Assembly (NCBI GenBank): GCA_963977015.1
Contig: CAXBMO010000004.1
Span: forward strand, 96,001 to 160,000
Length of the DNA: 64,000 nt
Direction: 5' to 3'
From: an uncultured bacterium
GTDB taxonomy: Bacteria; Verrucomicrobiota; Verrucomicrobiia; Verrucomicrobiales; DEV007
The position numbers and the translations under genes were made by a program. Below are positions 10,586 to 18,638 of the stretch, piece by piece. Below the pieces are notes generated by a model. It worked only from the letters and a program-made list of their open reading frames with translations. It was not told the DNA's origin and did no database searches. Numbering within the stretch: position 1 is the first letter of the stretch; the number at the start of each line of letters is the position of its first letter.

Positions 10586-11476
10586 CTATTCGGCCGCGGC
10601 CTTCAGATAGCCCATCGCACCGAACCAGTCCGCCATCCGCAATGGCCATTCGCCGACTTTTTCCGAAATCTTTTTGATCCCGAAACCGTGACCTCCGTGC
10701 CCGTAAATGTGGAGCTCGCACTGGCGTCCCTTCCGGAACATCTCCAGGTAAAGCAGAGCGGCGCCTTCGACGAAACGTTTGTCTCCATGAGCGATGGCGA
10801 TGAACGCAGGTGGCGTCTCCTCGGTGATGACAATCTCCGGTGAAAGGGCGTTGGATTCGGCTTCGTTCTTGAGATAGGCCGGGTAGATGGGAACGGCAAA
10901 GTCGGGAACGCAGCTATGGGCATCAAGCGTCGCGTCCGGAGTGAAGGTCCGCTTCTCCTGCGAGGTCATCGCCATGACCGTGAGGTGACCTCCGGCGGAA
11001 AATCCGAGCATGCCAACCCGTTGCGGATCGATCTTCCATTCTTCTGCCTTGCTGCGCACCAGAGAGATGGCGCGTTGCGCGTCCTGCAGGGGAGCATGGT
11101 GCTTGTCCAGGTTTTCCCGACGCGGAACGCGGTATTTCAGGAGAACCGCATTCACCCCAATCGAGTTGAGAAACTCGCACACATCCGTGCCCTCATGTTT
11201 CGACGCCAGAATGCCGTATCCACCTCCGGGAACCACCACAACGGCCGTGCCGGTATTCGAATCGGCCGGCGCTGGATAAAACTGAAGCGTGGGAACGCTG
11301 ACATTGGAGATTCGGATGATGCCATCCCCATTTTTATCAGCCGCAGTTTCTTCCGGCAGGTCCACGTTTTCCTCACCGGGAACCTTCCCATCAGGCCAGA
11401 GTTCAATCGGTTCTTGAGGGGCGGCAAGGGCACTCGCGGTCGCAAACATCAGGACGAGGAAAAGGGTTTGTCTCAT
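10586..11476 (-). CDS. Secreted alpha/beta hydrolase (carbohydrate-esterase-like)
   Basis: PGGGY oxyanion motif, GFSAGG nucleophile, GGHGFG His; signal peptide. Confidence 0.88.
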   Translation of the reverse strand: MRQTLFLVLMFATASALAAPQEPIELWPDGKVPGEENVDLPEETAADKNGDGIIRISNVSVPTLQFYPAPADSNTGTAVVVVPGGGYGILASKHEGTDVCEFLNSIGVNAVLLKYRVPRRENLDKHHAPLQDAQRAISLVRSKAEEWKIDPQRVGMLGFSAGGHLTVMAMTSQEKRTFTPDATLDAHSCVPDFAVPIYPAYLKNEAESNALSPEIVITEETPPAFIAIAHGDKRFVEGAALLYLEMFRKGRQCELHIYGHGGHGFGIKKISEKVGEWPLRMADWFGAMGYLKAAAE

Positions 11477-11725
11477 ACTTGCCCTCTAGCGGTAGATTGG
11501 CGGTTGGTCTAGTGAAGGTTTTGAGTCAACGAACCGTGCAAGGGGAGCCTTCAGCACGCTTTGCTTAAAAACTTCAGAAATAATTAATGAAACCATAATT
11601 TTATCCTTGCACTGATTTAGTTCAGGATTATAGAAAATCTATAACACTGAGATAACCAAGGGATTCACACAAAGCCCTTTGCTTTCACAGGTTTACTCGA
11701 AAATTTCTTAGATATGCACGCACAA

Positions 11726-11771
11726 TAGCGGGAGTCGCTGGCCTCAGGGCAACGGCTCCCGCTACTTTTTT
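11726..11771 (+). terminator. Intrinsic terminator-like hairpin
   Basis: TAGCGGGAG...CTCCCGCTA stem with further pairing, followed by TTTTTT (11766-11771). Confidence 0.7.
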
Positions 11772-11846
11772 GGGAACCCACGGAGCAACATTCACGTCCG
11801 CTCTCTAAGGTTTGGGACGCAATTCCGTTGAAGAGAATGGTTTCCC

Positions 11847-12566
11847 ATGATTTTCTTCCTGCAACCTATGCGAATGCTCCCCCTGCTTTTATCGATTGGT
11901 TTGGCGACCTGCGCTCAAGCTCAAGAAAAGGAGGAAAACGCCGTGCCGAAAAAGCCAACGGTGGAGCAACTCTCAGACACCCAGTTTCGCTTGGGCACGA
12001 TCGAATTTAACTCGGAAACGCGCGAAATCCGGTTTCCCGGCGTGTTGAACATGAACCGGGGAATCCTGGAATACGTCCTCGTTCACGTGAATGGCAAGGA
12101 TCACGAGTCGTTGTTCACGACAGAGATCTCTCCAACGGACTTGAACGTCGTCCTGAAGCTACTGCGCTACAAGGATGGCGACGGGAAGCTGTTTCATGGG
12201 TTTTACCCACCTGGTGAATTGCCGGAGTTGGAGCCTCTGGGCGATGGCATCGACCTGTTCGCGACCTGGCCGGGCTCGATCGAGAACCCGGTTTATGAGC
12301 TGATTCGCGATGAACGCGGGGATTCGGCGATGAAACCTCTGCCCTGGATCTACAATGGGAGCGAAATCGTGAACGGTAGGTTCGAAGCCGAGTATGAAGG
12401 TTCGTTTTTCGCGATTTATCGTGACCCTCTCGCCTTGTTCAACACGCAACATCCCCGTGCGACCGATGACGAAAACTGGTTTCCGATCACAGCCAACATT
12501 CCAGCCATGGAAACCCCCATCACCATCATTTTGAAACCATCGGTGCACAAAGCTGTCCAAGAATAG
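11847..12566 (+). CDS. Exported YdjY-domain-like protein (start may be 11868)
   Basis: Signal peptide; NMNRGILEYVLV...GKDHESLF and WIYNGS...F.AE..GS pattern recalled from YdjY-domain proteins. Confidence 0.6.
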   Translation: MIFFLQPMRMLPLLLSIGLATCAQAQEKEENAVPKKPTVEQLSDTQFRLGTIEFNSETREIRFPGVLNMNRGILEYVLVHVNGKDHESLFTTEISPTDLNVVLKLLRYKDGDGKLFHGFYPPGELPELEPLGDGIDLFATWPGSIENPVYELIRDERGDSAMKPLPWIYNGSEIVNGRFEAEYEGSFFAIYRDPLALFNTQHPRATDDENWFPITANIPAMETPITIILKPSVHKAVQE

Positions 12567-12593
12567 AATCCCACCAACAACGTTGACCAAATC

Positions 12594-13760
12594 ATGAAAA
12601 CTCCCTTTTCACTGTTCCTCCTACTCGCTCTCGGCGTCACGGTTCTGAATGCCCAGGAAACAAAGCTCCACCACATCAAGGGTGACCTCTCGCTCAAGCT
12701 GGAGATTCAGCGCCATATCGACAAAGGGCTGAAGTATCTCGAGTCGCAGCAAAACGAGACCGGAAGCTGGGGCGATGAAACGTATCCCGCCCTCACCGCA
12801 ATGCCGCTGTCCGCAATCATGGGCAATCCGGATCGCGACCCCACGCAGCCGATTTCTCCCGAGTTGGAGAAAGCCTATGCGTTCCTCCTTTCGAAGCAGA
12901 ACCGCACCGGTGGCATTTTCGGCAAAGGGTTGGCGACCTACAATACCTCCCTCTCGCTGATGGCCCTGATTCACCTGGCTGATCGCCCCGAGGTCGAAGA
13001 CTCCATTCGCAAAGCGCGCCGATTCCTTATCAATCAACAAGCCGATTTTGATGAACGCGGGGTCGCCGACAGCCCGATGGACGGCGGAATCGGATATGGC
13101 GGCACCTATCCCCACAGCGATTTGTCGAACACCCATTTGGCGATGGAGGCTCTCTACTACTCGCGCCAGGTCCTGGCCGATCGTCCGGGTGGCGTCGGTC
13201 GTCAGTTGGATTGGAATGCCGCGATCGACTTTGTTACGAAATGCCAAAACGTGGAACAAAATGCCGAGCCTTACGTTGCATTGACGGAAAAGAACAGAGG
13301 CGGTTTCGTCTACTTCCCGGGAGACAGTAAAGCGGGCGCGGAAAGCGAGGAGAAGGATGGAAAGATCGCGCTCCGCTCCTATGGAAGCATGAGCTATGCC
13401 GGCCTCCTGAGTTTTGTCTATGCAGAGATGAGCCCCACCGATCCGCGCGTTCAAGCGGTCGAAGAATGGTTGGCCAAAAACTACAGCATCGCGGAAAACC
13501 CGGGAATGGGCGCCCAGGGGCTCTACTACTACTATCATACCATGGCCAAGGCGCTGACCATCACCGGCAAAGGCGAATTGAAACTGAACGACGGCTCCAA
13601 CGTCGACTGGAAAGAGCAACTCGCCCTGAAACTCTTCGATACTCATCAGCCCGATGGCTCCTGGATCAACGAAGGCTCGTCACGCTGGTGGGAAGACGAC
13701 CCGATCCTCGTCACCAGCTACGCCCTGCTCGCGTTGGAACACATTTCACGCCAGCTTTGA
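12594..13760 (+). CDS. Prenyltransferase/squalene-cyclase-repeat (alpha/alpha barrel) protein, exported
   Basis: QW-type repeats (YLESQQNETGSW, FLLSKQNRTGGI, HQPDGSW), GLYYYYH, LVTSYALLAL; signal peptide. Confidence 0.8.
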   Translation: MKTPFSLFLLLALGVTVLNAQETKLHHIKGDLSLKLEIQRHIDKGLKYLESQQNETGSWGDETYPALTAMPLSAIMGNPDRDPTQPISPELEKAYAFLLSKQNRTGGIFGKGLATYNTSLSLMALIHLADRPEVEDSIRKARRFLINQQADFDERGVADSPMDGGIGYGGTYPHSDLSNTHLAMEALYYSRQVLADRPGGVGRQLDWNAAIDFVTKCQNVEQNAEPYVALTEKNRGGFVYFPGDSKAGAESEEKDGKIALRSYGSMSYAGLLSFVYAEMSPTDPRVQAVEEWLAKNYSIAENPGMGAQGLYYYYHTMAKALTITGKGELKLNDGSNVDWKEQLALKLFDTHQPDGSWINEGSSRWWEDDPILVTSYALLALEHISRQL

Positions 13761-13804
13761 TTCAGCGACTTGCCCGCAGTCTCGAATTAGGCTACATCCG
13801 ATCC

Positions 13805-14443
13805 ATGAAAACCCCATTCCTCGTCACCCTCACGCTCCTCATTGGTCTGCTCTCGCTTCATGCCCAGGAAACCGATGCGGAAGGATTCACCGTCATTTTT
13901 GACGGCAAAGACCTTTCCCAGGTCAAGACGGAAGGGAACTGGATCATTCAGGACGACGGCTCACTTCATCTCGAGCCTCGTCCCGGCGAAAAGGGTTGGA
14001 GCCGTTACGGATCCTACATTTGGCTCAAAGAGGACTACGCCGACTTCGTCTTCGATTTCGAATTCAAATACGGAAAGGGCGGCAACTCAGGCCTCTATTT
14101 TCGCTGCGGAGATGATGTCGACCCCACCAAATCCGGGTTTGAAGTCCAGATTCTGGATTCCTACGGCGAAGAGAAAGAGTTAGGCCACCACGACATGGCG
14201 GGAGTCATCAAAACCGCCGGCCCGCTCAAGAACATGTCGAAGCCCGCGGGAGAATGGAACCGCATGATCGTGACGATGAAGGGCGACCAACTCCACGTCG
14301 TCCTCAACGGCGAAGTCGTGCAGGACATCAATCTCGCCGAAAAGAAGCCCGCCGACAAAAACCTCGCGCCCAGCGGAAAAATCTGCATCCAGGATCACGG
14401 TCAACCATTCACGGTCCGGAACCTGAAAGTGAAGCGGCTCTAG
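13805..14443 (+). CDS. DUF1080 (3-keto-glycoside hydrolase family) protein
   Basis: FTVIFDGKDL, GGNSGLYFR, FEVQILD, GEWN, ICIQDHG...RNLKVKRL; ATG at 13805 followed by a signal peptide. Confidence 0.9.
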   Translation: MKTPFLVTLTLLIGLLSLHAQETDAEGFTVIFDGKDLSQVKTEGNWIIQDDGSLHLEPRPGEKGWSRYGSYIWLKEDYADFVFDFEFKYGKGGNSGLYFRCGDDVDPTKSGFEVQILDSYGEEKELGHHDMAGVIKTAGPLKNMSKPAGEWNRMIVTMKGDQLHVVLNGEVVQDINLAEKKPADKNLAPSGKICIQDHGQPFTVRNLKVKRL

Positions 14444-14770
14444 AAGGCGAGCTCCTCTGCGAGCTTCCCCCAAATACGCCGCACCATCTGCATTGATCCA
14501 GGCAAAGGGTTCCGGCCAGGCTGCCACACCCACCCATTCGCAACTGCCCGGCCCTTCCCCCTCCGTTCCCTCCTGTTGAACGGTTGGAACACGAAGGAAG
14601 GGATTCAGTAGTGAGGTGGATCCTGCCACTGCGCCGACGGCTTGGCAACTCCGCGATCTTGGGGAAGCCCATGCACATGGGTTTCTCCAATCCGAACGAA
14701 CGTCCTTGAAAAGCGAATCTCTTCAGCTTACCTCGCTTGGTTTTGCCGAAGACCTTCGGTTCCTTTCATC

Positions 14771-15430
14771 ATGCGACTCTTGCTCATAGAAGATGACGAC
14801 GACTTGGGCGAAGCCATTGCGGAGGCCTTGAAGTCCGAGGGGTATCAGGTGCAATGGGAACGCCACGGAGGAGAAGGGCTCTTCCGGGCGCTGGAATGGG
14901 ACTGGGATGCGGTAGTCCTGGATTGGTTGTTGCCCGGTGAGGACGGCATGGCCGTTTTGCGCCAGCTCCGTCAGGCCAAGTCGACTCCGGTCCTGATGTT
15001 GACAGCGCTGAATACGGTTCAGCATCGGCTCGAAGGCTTCGACAACGGTGCGGACGACTATCTTGGAAAACCTTTCGACCTCAGTGAGCTGCTCGCCCGG
15101 GTGCGGGCGCTGCTGCGCCGTGCTTACCGCCTGGACGGCGACGTGATCCGCTGTGGGGAACTGGAGCTTCAGACATCCGGCGGTCGCGTCTTTCGGGGCT
15201 CGCGGGAAATCCGCCTTTCGGGGGCGGAGTATCGAACCCTGGAACACCTCATGCTGCGGAAGGGGCGCGTGGTTTCGCGTCACCGGCTGGAGGAGTTGCT
15301 GGACGACGACCTGGGAGACGTGTTGGCGAACACCCTCGACGTTCACATGCATCGCCTGCGATCCAAGATTGGCGCCGACGTGATTCAGACCCGGCGTGGA
15401 CTGGGCTACCTGGTAGGCGATGATGCGTAA
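14771..15430 (+). CDS. OmpR/PhoB-family response regulator
   Basis: MRLLLIEDD, VLDWLLPG, GADDYLGKPF, winged-helix IQTRRGLGY. Confidence 0.93.
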   Translation: MRLLLIEDDDDLGEAIAEALKSEGYQVQWERHGGEGLFRALEWDWDAVVLDWLLPGEDGMAVLRQLRQAKSTPVLMLTALNTVQHRLEGFDNGADDYLGKPFDLSELLARVRALLRRAYRLDGDVIRCGELELQTSGGRVFRGSREIRLSGAEYRTLEHLMLRKGRVVSRHRLEELLDDDLGDVLANTLDVHMHRLRSKIGADVIQTRRGLGYLVGDDA

Positions 15431-16670
15431 GTTCCTGGCGAAGCACGATGCCCCCACCGGCACGCCCTTCCTGAGGCTTGCCCTCCGTCGCTACTTTCTG
15501 GGAGAGTCGATTTTCCGGCTTCTGATCGCCTTGCCGGCGTTCTTTGGCGGCTACCCGTTGACGGCCATCGCCGGATTGGCTGGCGGCGTCGTCTCCGGGT
15601 TGCTCTATCTCAGTTCCTTTTATCTGCGGAGACACCTGCTGATTCTGGGATTCGGCTACAACTGGGCCGTGTTCATGTTGGCCTTTGTGTATCTGTTTGG
15701 CTGGGCGGCGGGCTTTCAGGAATACGTGAGCTGCCTGGTGTTTGCCGTCTTCCTGTTCGATCACCTCCCCCTGAGACGCCGGATTTTCATGGCGCTCTTT
15801 CCCCTGGTTGCGATGGTCGCGTTGCAGCCGTTCCTAGCTGAGGTGGATCCCGTGTATGAGCTGCCCGGCTCGACACTGACCCGGATCAACCTGGCGAACA
15901 CCCTCGTTAGCCTCCTGGTGGACCTCGCCATTCTTGTCCACTTCGCCCACCGTATCGTTTCCCAGCGAGAGCGGCTCGCGGCGCAGGCGGAGGCGCGGGG
16001 GCAATTGATCGCAGAGTTGAGTCATGAATTAAAAACGCCGTTGGCCGCCATGCTGACCCGAACCCAGTTGGAGTTGAAGGACGACGCTCCCGATTCGCGG
16101 CAGAGAAGCGCGCTGAAGATGGTGGAGCGCAATGCCCGGGGCGCGGCCCAGCTCGTGGAGCGGATGCTCGATTTCCACGCGCTCGAGGCCGATCAAACCC
16201 GGGACGAGACGATCCCGAGTGTCCCGGCGGCGTTGATCCGTGAATGCTGGGAGATGCACGAACCGTTGGCTGCTGCCAAGGGGGTGAGCTTGAAGATGAC
16301 TGATCCCGATGAACGACCTTGGCAGATCGATCCTCACTTGCTGCGAATCGCCCTCAACAACCTGCTGAGCAACGCGATTCACCACAGTCCGGAAGGCGGC
16401 ACCGTCACGGTGACGTGCCTGACGGCTGGCGAAGGCGATTTGTCCAAACAGGGAACCATCTCGGTGCGCGACGAGGGCGAGGGCATTCCGGAAGAGGCTC
16501 TATCCCGGTTGTTCGACGCCTTTTACCGGGGCGACCGCAGCCGTTCGCGAAAGGAAAACCGCCACGGGCTGGGCCTGAGCATCGCGCAACGGGCCGTCGA
16601 GCGGATGGGCGGCCGCATCGAGGTCCAGTCAACGCCGGGCGAAGGAGCGGAGTTTTTTATCCACTTGTAA
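15420..16670 (+). CDS. Membrane sensor histidine kinase
   Basis: Multi-TM N-terminus; SHELKTPL H-box, NLLSNAI N-box, DEGEGI, FYRG and GLGLSI; overlaps the regulator stop. Confidence 0.93.
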   Translation: MMRKFLAKHDAPTGTPFLRLALRRYFLGESIFRLLIALPAFFGGYPLTAIAGLAGGVVSGLLYLSSFYLRRHLLILGFGYNWAVFMLAFVYLFGWAAGFQEYVSCLVFAVFLFDHLPLRRRIFMALFPLVAMVALQPFLAEVDPVYELPGSTLTRINLANTLVSLLVDLAILVHFAHRIVSQRERLAAQAEARGQLIAELSHELKTPLAAMLTRTQLELKDDAPDSRQRSALKMVERNARGAAQLVERMLDFHALEADQTRDETIPSVPAALIRECWEMHEPLAAAKGVSLKMTDPDERPWQIDPHLLRIALNNLLSNAIHHSPEGGTVTVTCLTAGEGDLSKQGTISVRDEGEGIPEEALSRLFDAFYRGDRSRSRKENRHGLGLSIAQRAVERMGGRIEVQSTPGEGAEFFIHL

Positions 16671-16684
16671 GGTAGTTGTAAGGT
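16665..16684 (+). promoter_or_regulatory. Direct repeat TTGTAAGGT-AG-TTGTAAGGT, putative OmpR-family regulator box
   Basis: Perfect 9-bp repeat with 11-bp period, about 60 bp upstream of the autotransporter start. Confidence 0.65.
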
Positions 16685-16745
16685 TGGGGTGCGAGGGGTT
16701 GGCAGTTAATCCACACGCCACATTCAATCTCGACCTCAACTCCCA

Positions 16746-18638
16746 GTGAACTCCACCAATTCCGTTGTCCATTCTTCCGCAAAACCGATCCGGCCGAACC
16801 CCGCACCCAGCTGCCCTACCGGAGCACTCTCGAGCTCAACGAACCGATCCACCGACAAGCGGCGAAGTCGTTCCACCTCCTCCGTGCCCAAAGCGCTCGG
16901 AGGGCTGGCCCTGGCCGCGCCGACACTGGCGGTTTTGGGGCTGCCATCGACCGGCCGGGCCCAGAGCACGGTGACGGTCGTTCGACAGACCGGCCCGGGA
17001 TCCACCAACGGTTTCGTCAATCTCATTTCGGGGGCTATTGCGGCGAGCGGAAATGCCCGGGTTACGCCCATTTTACCAGCGGGTAGTTCGCTCAGTATTT
17101 TTGCCAGTGCCAAGCTGTTCGGCCCGGCGTCCGTCACCCTTGCCTCCACCTCCAGACGACTGCGGATCGGGACCTACGCAATCTATCTCAGTTCTTCCCA
17201 TCGAAGCTCGCCCTTCAATGTGTCTACTTCTGGCGGTGGGCAAGCCTCTGGAATATTTCGCACTACCCTTGATGGGGACCTTGCCTCTTACAACATCACC
17301 GCCACGGCGAAGATTCTCAACTTCACGTTCACCGCCCCGGGGACGCCCTCGAGCGGAAGCAACGCAGACGGATCAACGACGGTCGTTCCGGCCCGAACCA
17401 ATCAGGGTTCTCCGGCCGTTGTCATCGTTCCTGCGCCTGAGCCTGATCCGGACCCCATCACCATTATCGATGTCGGCGCGCAACTTTCGGCCAAAACCAC
17501 CGGCGAGGCGGTGATCAATACCGTTAACGGAGGCTCGCGGGCGCATTTCCGCGGCTTTTCCAAGAACGTCTCCTCCCATCTCAACGGGTTGACCGGGTTT
17601 GGCGCGCCGGGCAATGACAACGCCTACCATCGGGCCAATCTCCAGCTCAACTCCCGAATCGCCGGGGCGGCACGCCGCTGGGAACGGGCCGCGCGAATGA
17701 CCGCCGGGGTTATTTCCGAGCCGATCAGCGTGGAGACCTTCGTGCCGAAGTGGGAACTCTACACCATGGGCGCCTTCAACCGCCAGGATCAGGACCGGAT
17801 CGGACAGGATCCCGGTTACACGAGCGATGCCTGGACCGGGACGATCGGGATCGAGCGCCGTCTCGGCCGGCGTTTCCTGATCGGCTTCGCCACCACCCTG
17901 GGCCGCAACACGGTCGAATCCGGCGGCAATTCCGGCAGCGCGGACCTCGATGCCATCGTTCTGGATGGCTACGCGCTCTATTCCCGCAAACATTTCTGGA
18001 CGAGTCTGCGCTACGGCTACGGGATGATGGACATCGACGTGACCCGCAACGCCTTCCCCGGAGTGACCCCGCGGGCCGCGACCGACAGCGCCAACAGCGT
18101 GATCAGTTGGGGCGCCGGGCTGAACCTGCCGCTCAACCTCTTCGGCATGGAGTTTCTTCACGGGCCGAATCTGGGCCTGGATTACACCACCGGCAGCATC
18201 GACGGCTACACCGAACGCGGCGGCGGGGCCTTCAACCTGATCGTGAACGAGCACGCCTATGCCAGCCTGCTCAGCGACGTGGGCTGGAGTATCGCCAAGC
18301 AGCATCATTTGGGCAAGCTGGGCCGCGGCTTTCTCCAACTGCGCGCTGGCTGGAATCACGAACATCTCCTGGACGAGAGCAACACCGAATACCAGTTCGA
18401 AACCAGCCCGATTACGACCTTCGATCCGGCGACCGGCAGCGTGACCGAAGGCCCGGCAGTGTTCGGCGCGGGGCACAATCCCACCCCGCAAAACGATTAC
18501 ATGTCCCTCGGCCTGCACCTGATGCAGTTGCTGGGCGAGCAGGAGCGCTGGATCTTGCAGTCGGGGTATCAGACGCAACTCTTCCGGAGCGATTTCACCG
18601 AGCACTACGGTTATTTGCGGCTGGGGCTTCAGTTTTGA
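16746..18638 (+). CDS. Autotransporter (type Va) with short passenger
   Basis: Signal-peptide-like segment, Ser/Thr/Gly passenger, PAPEPDPDP linker, beta-barrel pattern (GLDY..GSIDGYTERG, RAGWNHE) ending in YLRLGLQF. Exact start uncertain. Confidence 0.85.
   Translation: MNSTNSVVHSSAKPIRPNPAPSCPTGALSSSTNRSTDKRRSRSTSSVPKALGGLALAAPTLAVLGLPSTGRAQSTVTVVRQTGPGSTNGFVNLISGAIAASGNARVTPILPAGSSLSIFASAKLFGPASVTLASTSRRLRIGTYAIYLSSSHRSSPFNVSTSGGGQASGIFRTTLDGDLASYNITATAKILNFTFTAPGTPSSGSNADGSTTVVPARTNQGSPAVVIVPAPEPDPDPITIIDVGAQLSAKTTGEAVINTVNGGSRAHFRGFSKNVSSHLNGLTGFGAPGNDNAYHRANLQLNSRIAGAARRWERAARMTAGVISEPISVETFVPKWELYTMGAFNRQDQDRIGQDPGYTSDAWTGTIGIERRLGRRFLIGFATTLGRNTVESGGNSGSADLDAIVLDGYALYSRKHFWTSLRYGYGMMDIDVTRNAFPGVTPRAATDSANSVISWGAGLNLPLNLFGMEFLHGPNLGLDYTTGSIDGYTERGGGAFNLIVNEHAYASLLSDVGWSIAKQHHLGKLGRGFLQLRAGWNHEHLLDESNTEYQFETSPITTFDPATGSVTEGPAVFGAGHNPTPQNDYMSLGLHLMQLLGEQERWILQSGYQTQLFRSDFTEHYGYLRLGLQF

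Noticed and set aside
12594-13760. Squalene-hopene cyclase
   Set aside because: Too short, exported, and lacks the DxDD motif.
13466-13804. N-terminal extension of the DUF1080 ORF
   Set aside because: Overlaps the upstream gene in another frame; the signal peptide begins at 13805.
14595-14670. Cobalamin riboswitch (GCCACTG...GGGAAG)
   Set aside because: Only two short motifs match; the other conserved elements and a B12-related downstream gene are missing.
17750-18637. 296-aa N-terminal extension of the 1311-aa ORF
   Set aside because: Arg/Gly-rich off-frame read of the autotransporter barrel; the AlkP domain starts at the coupled ATG at 18638.
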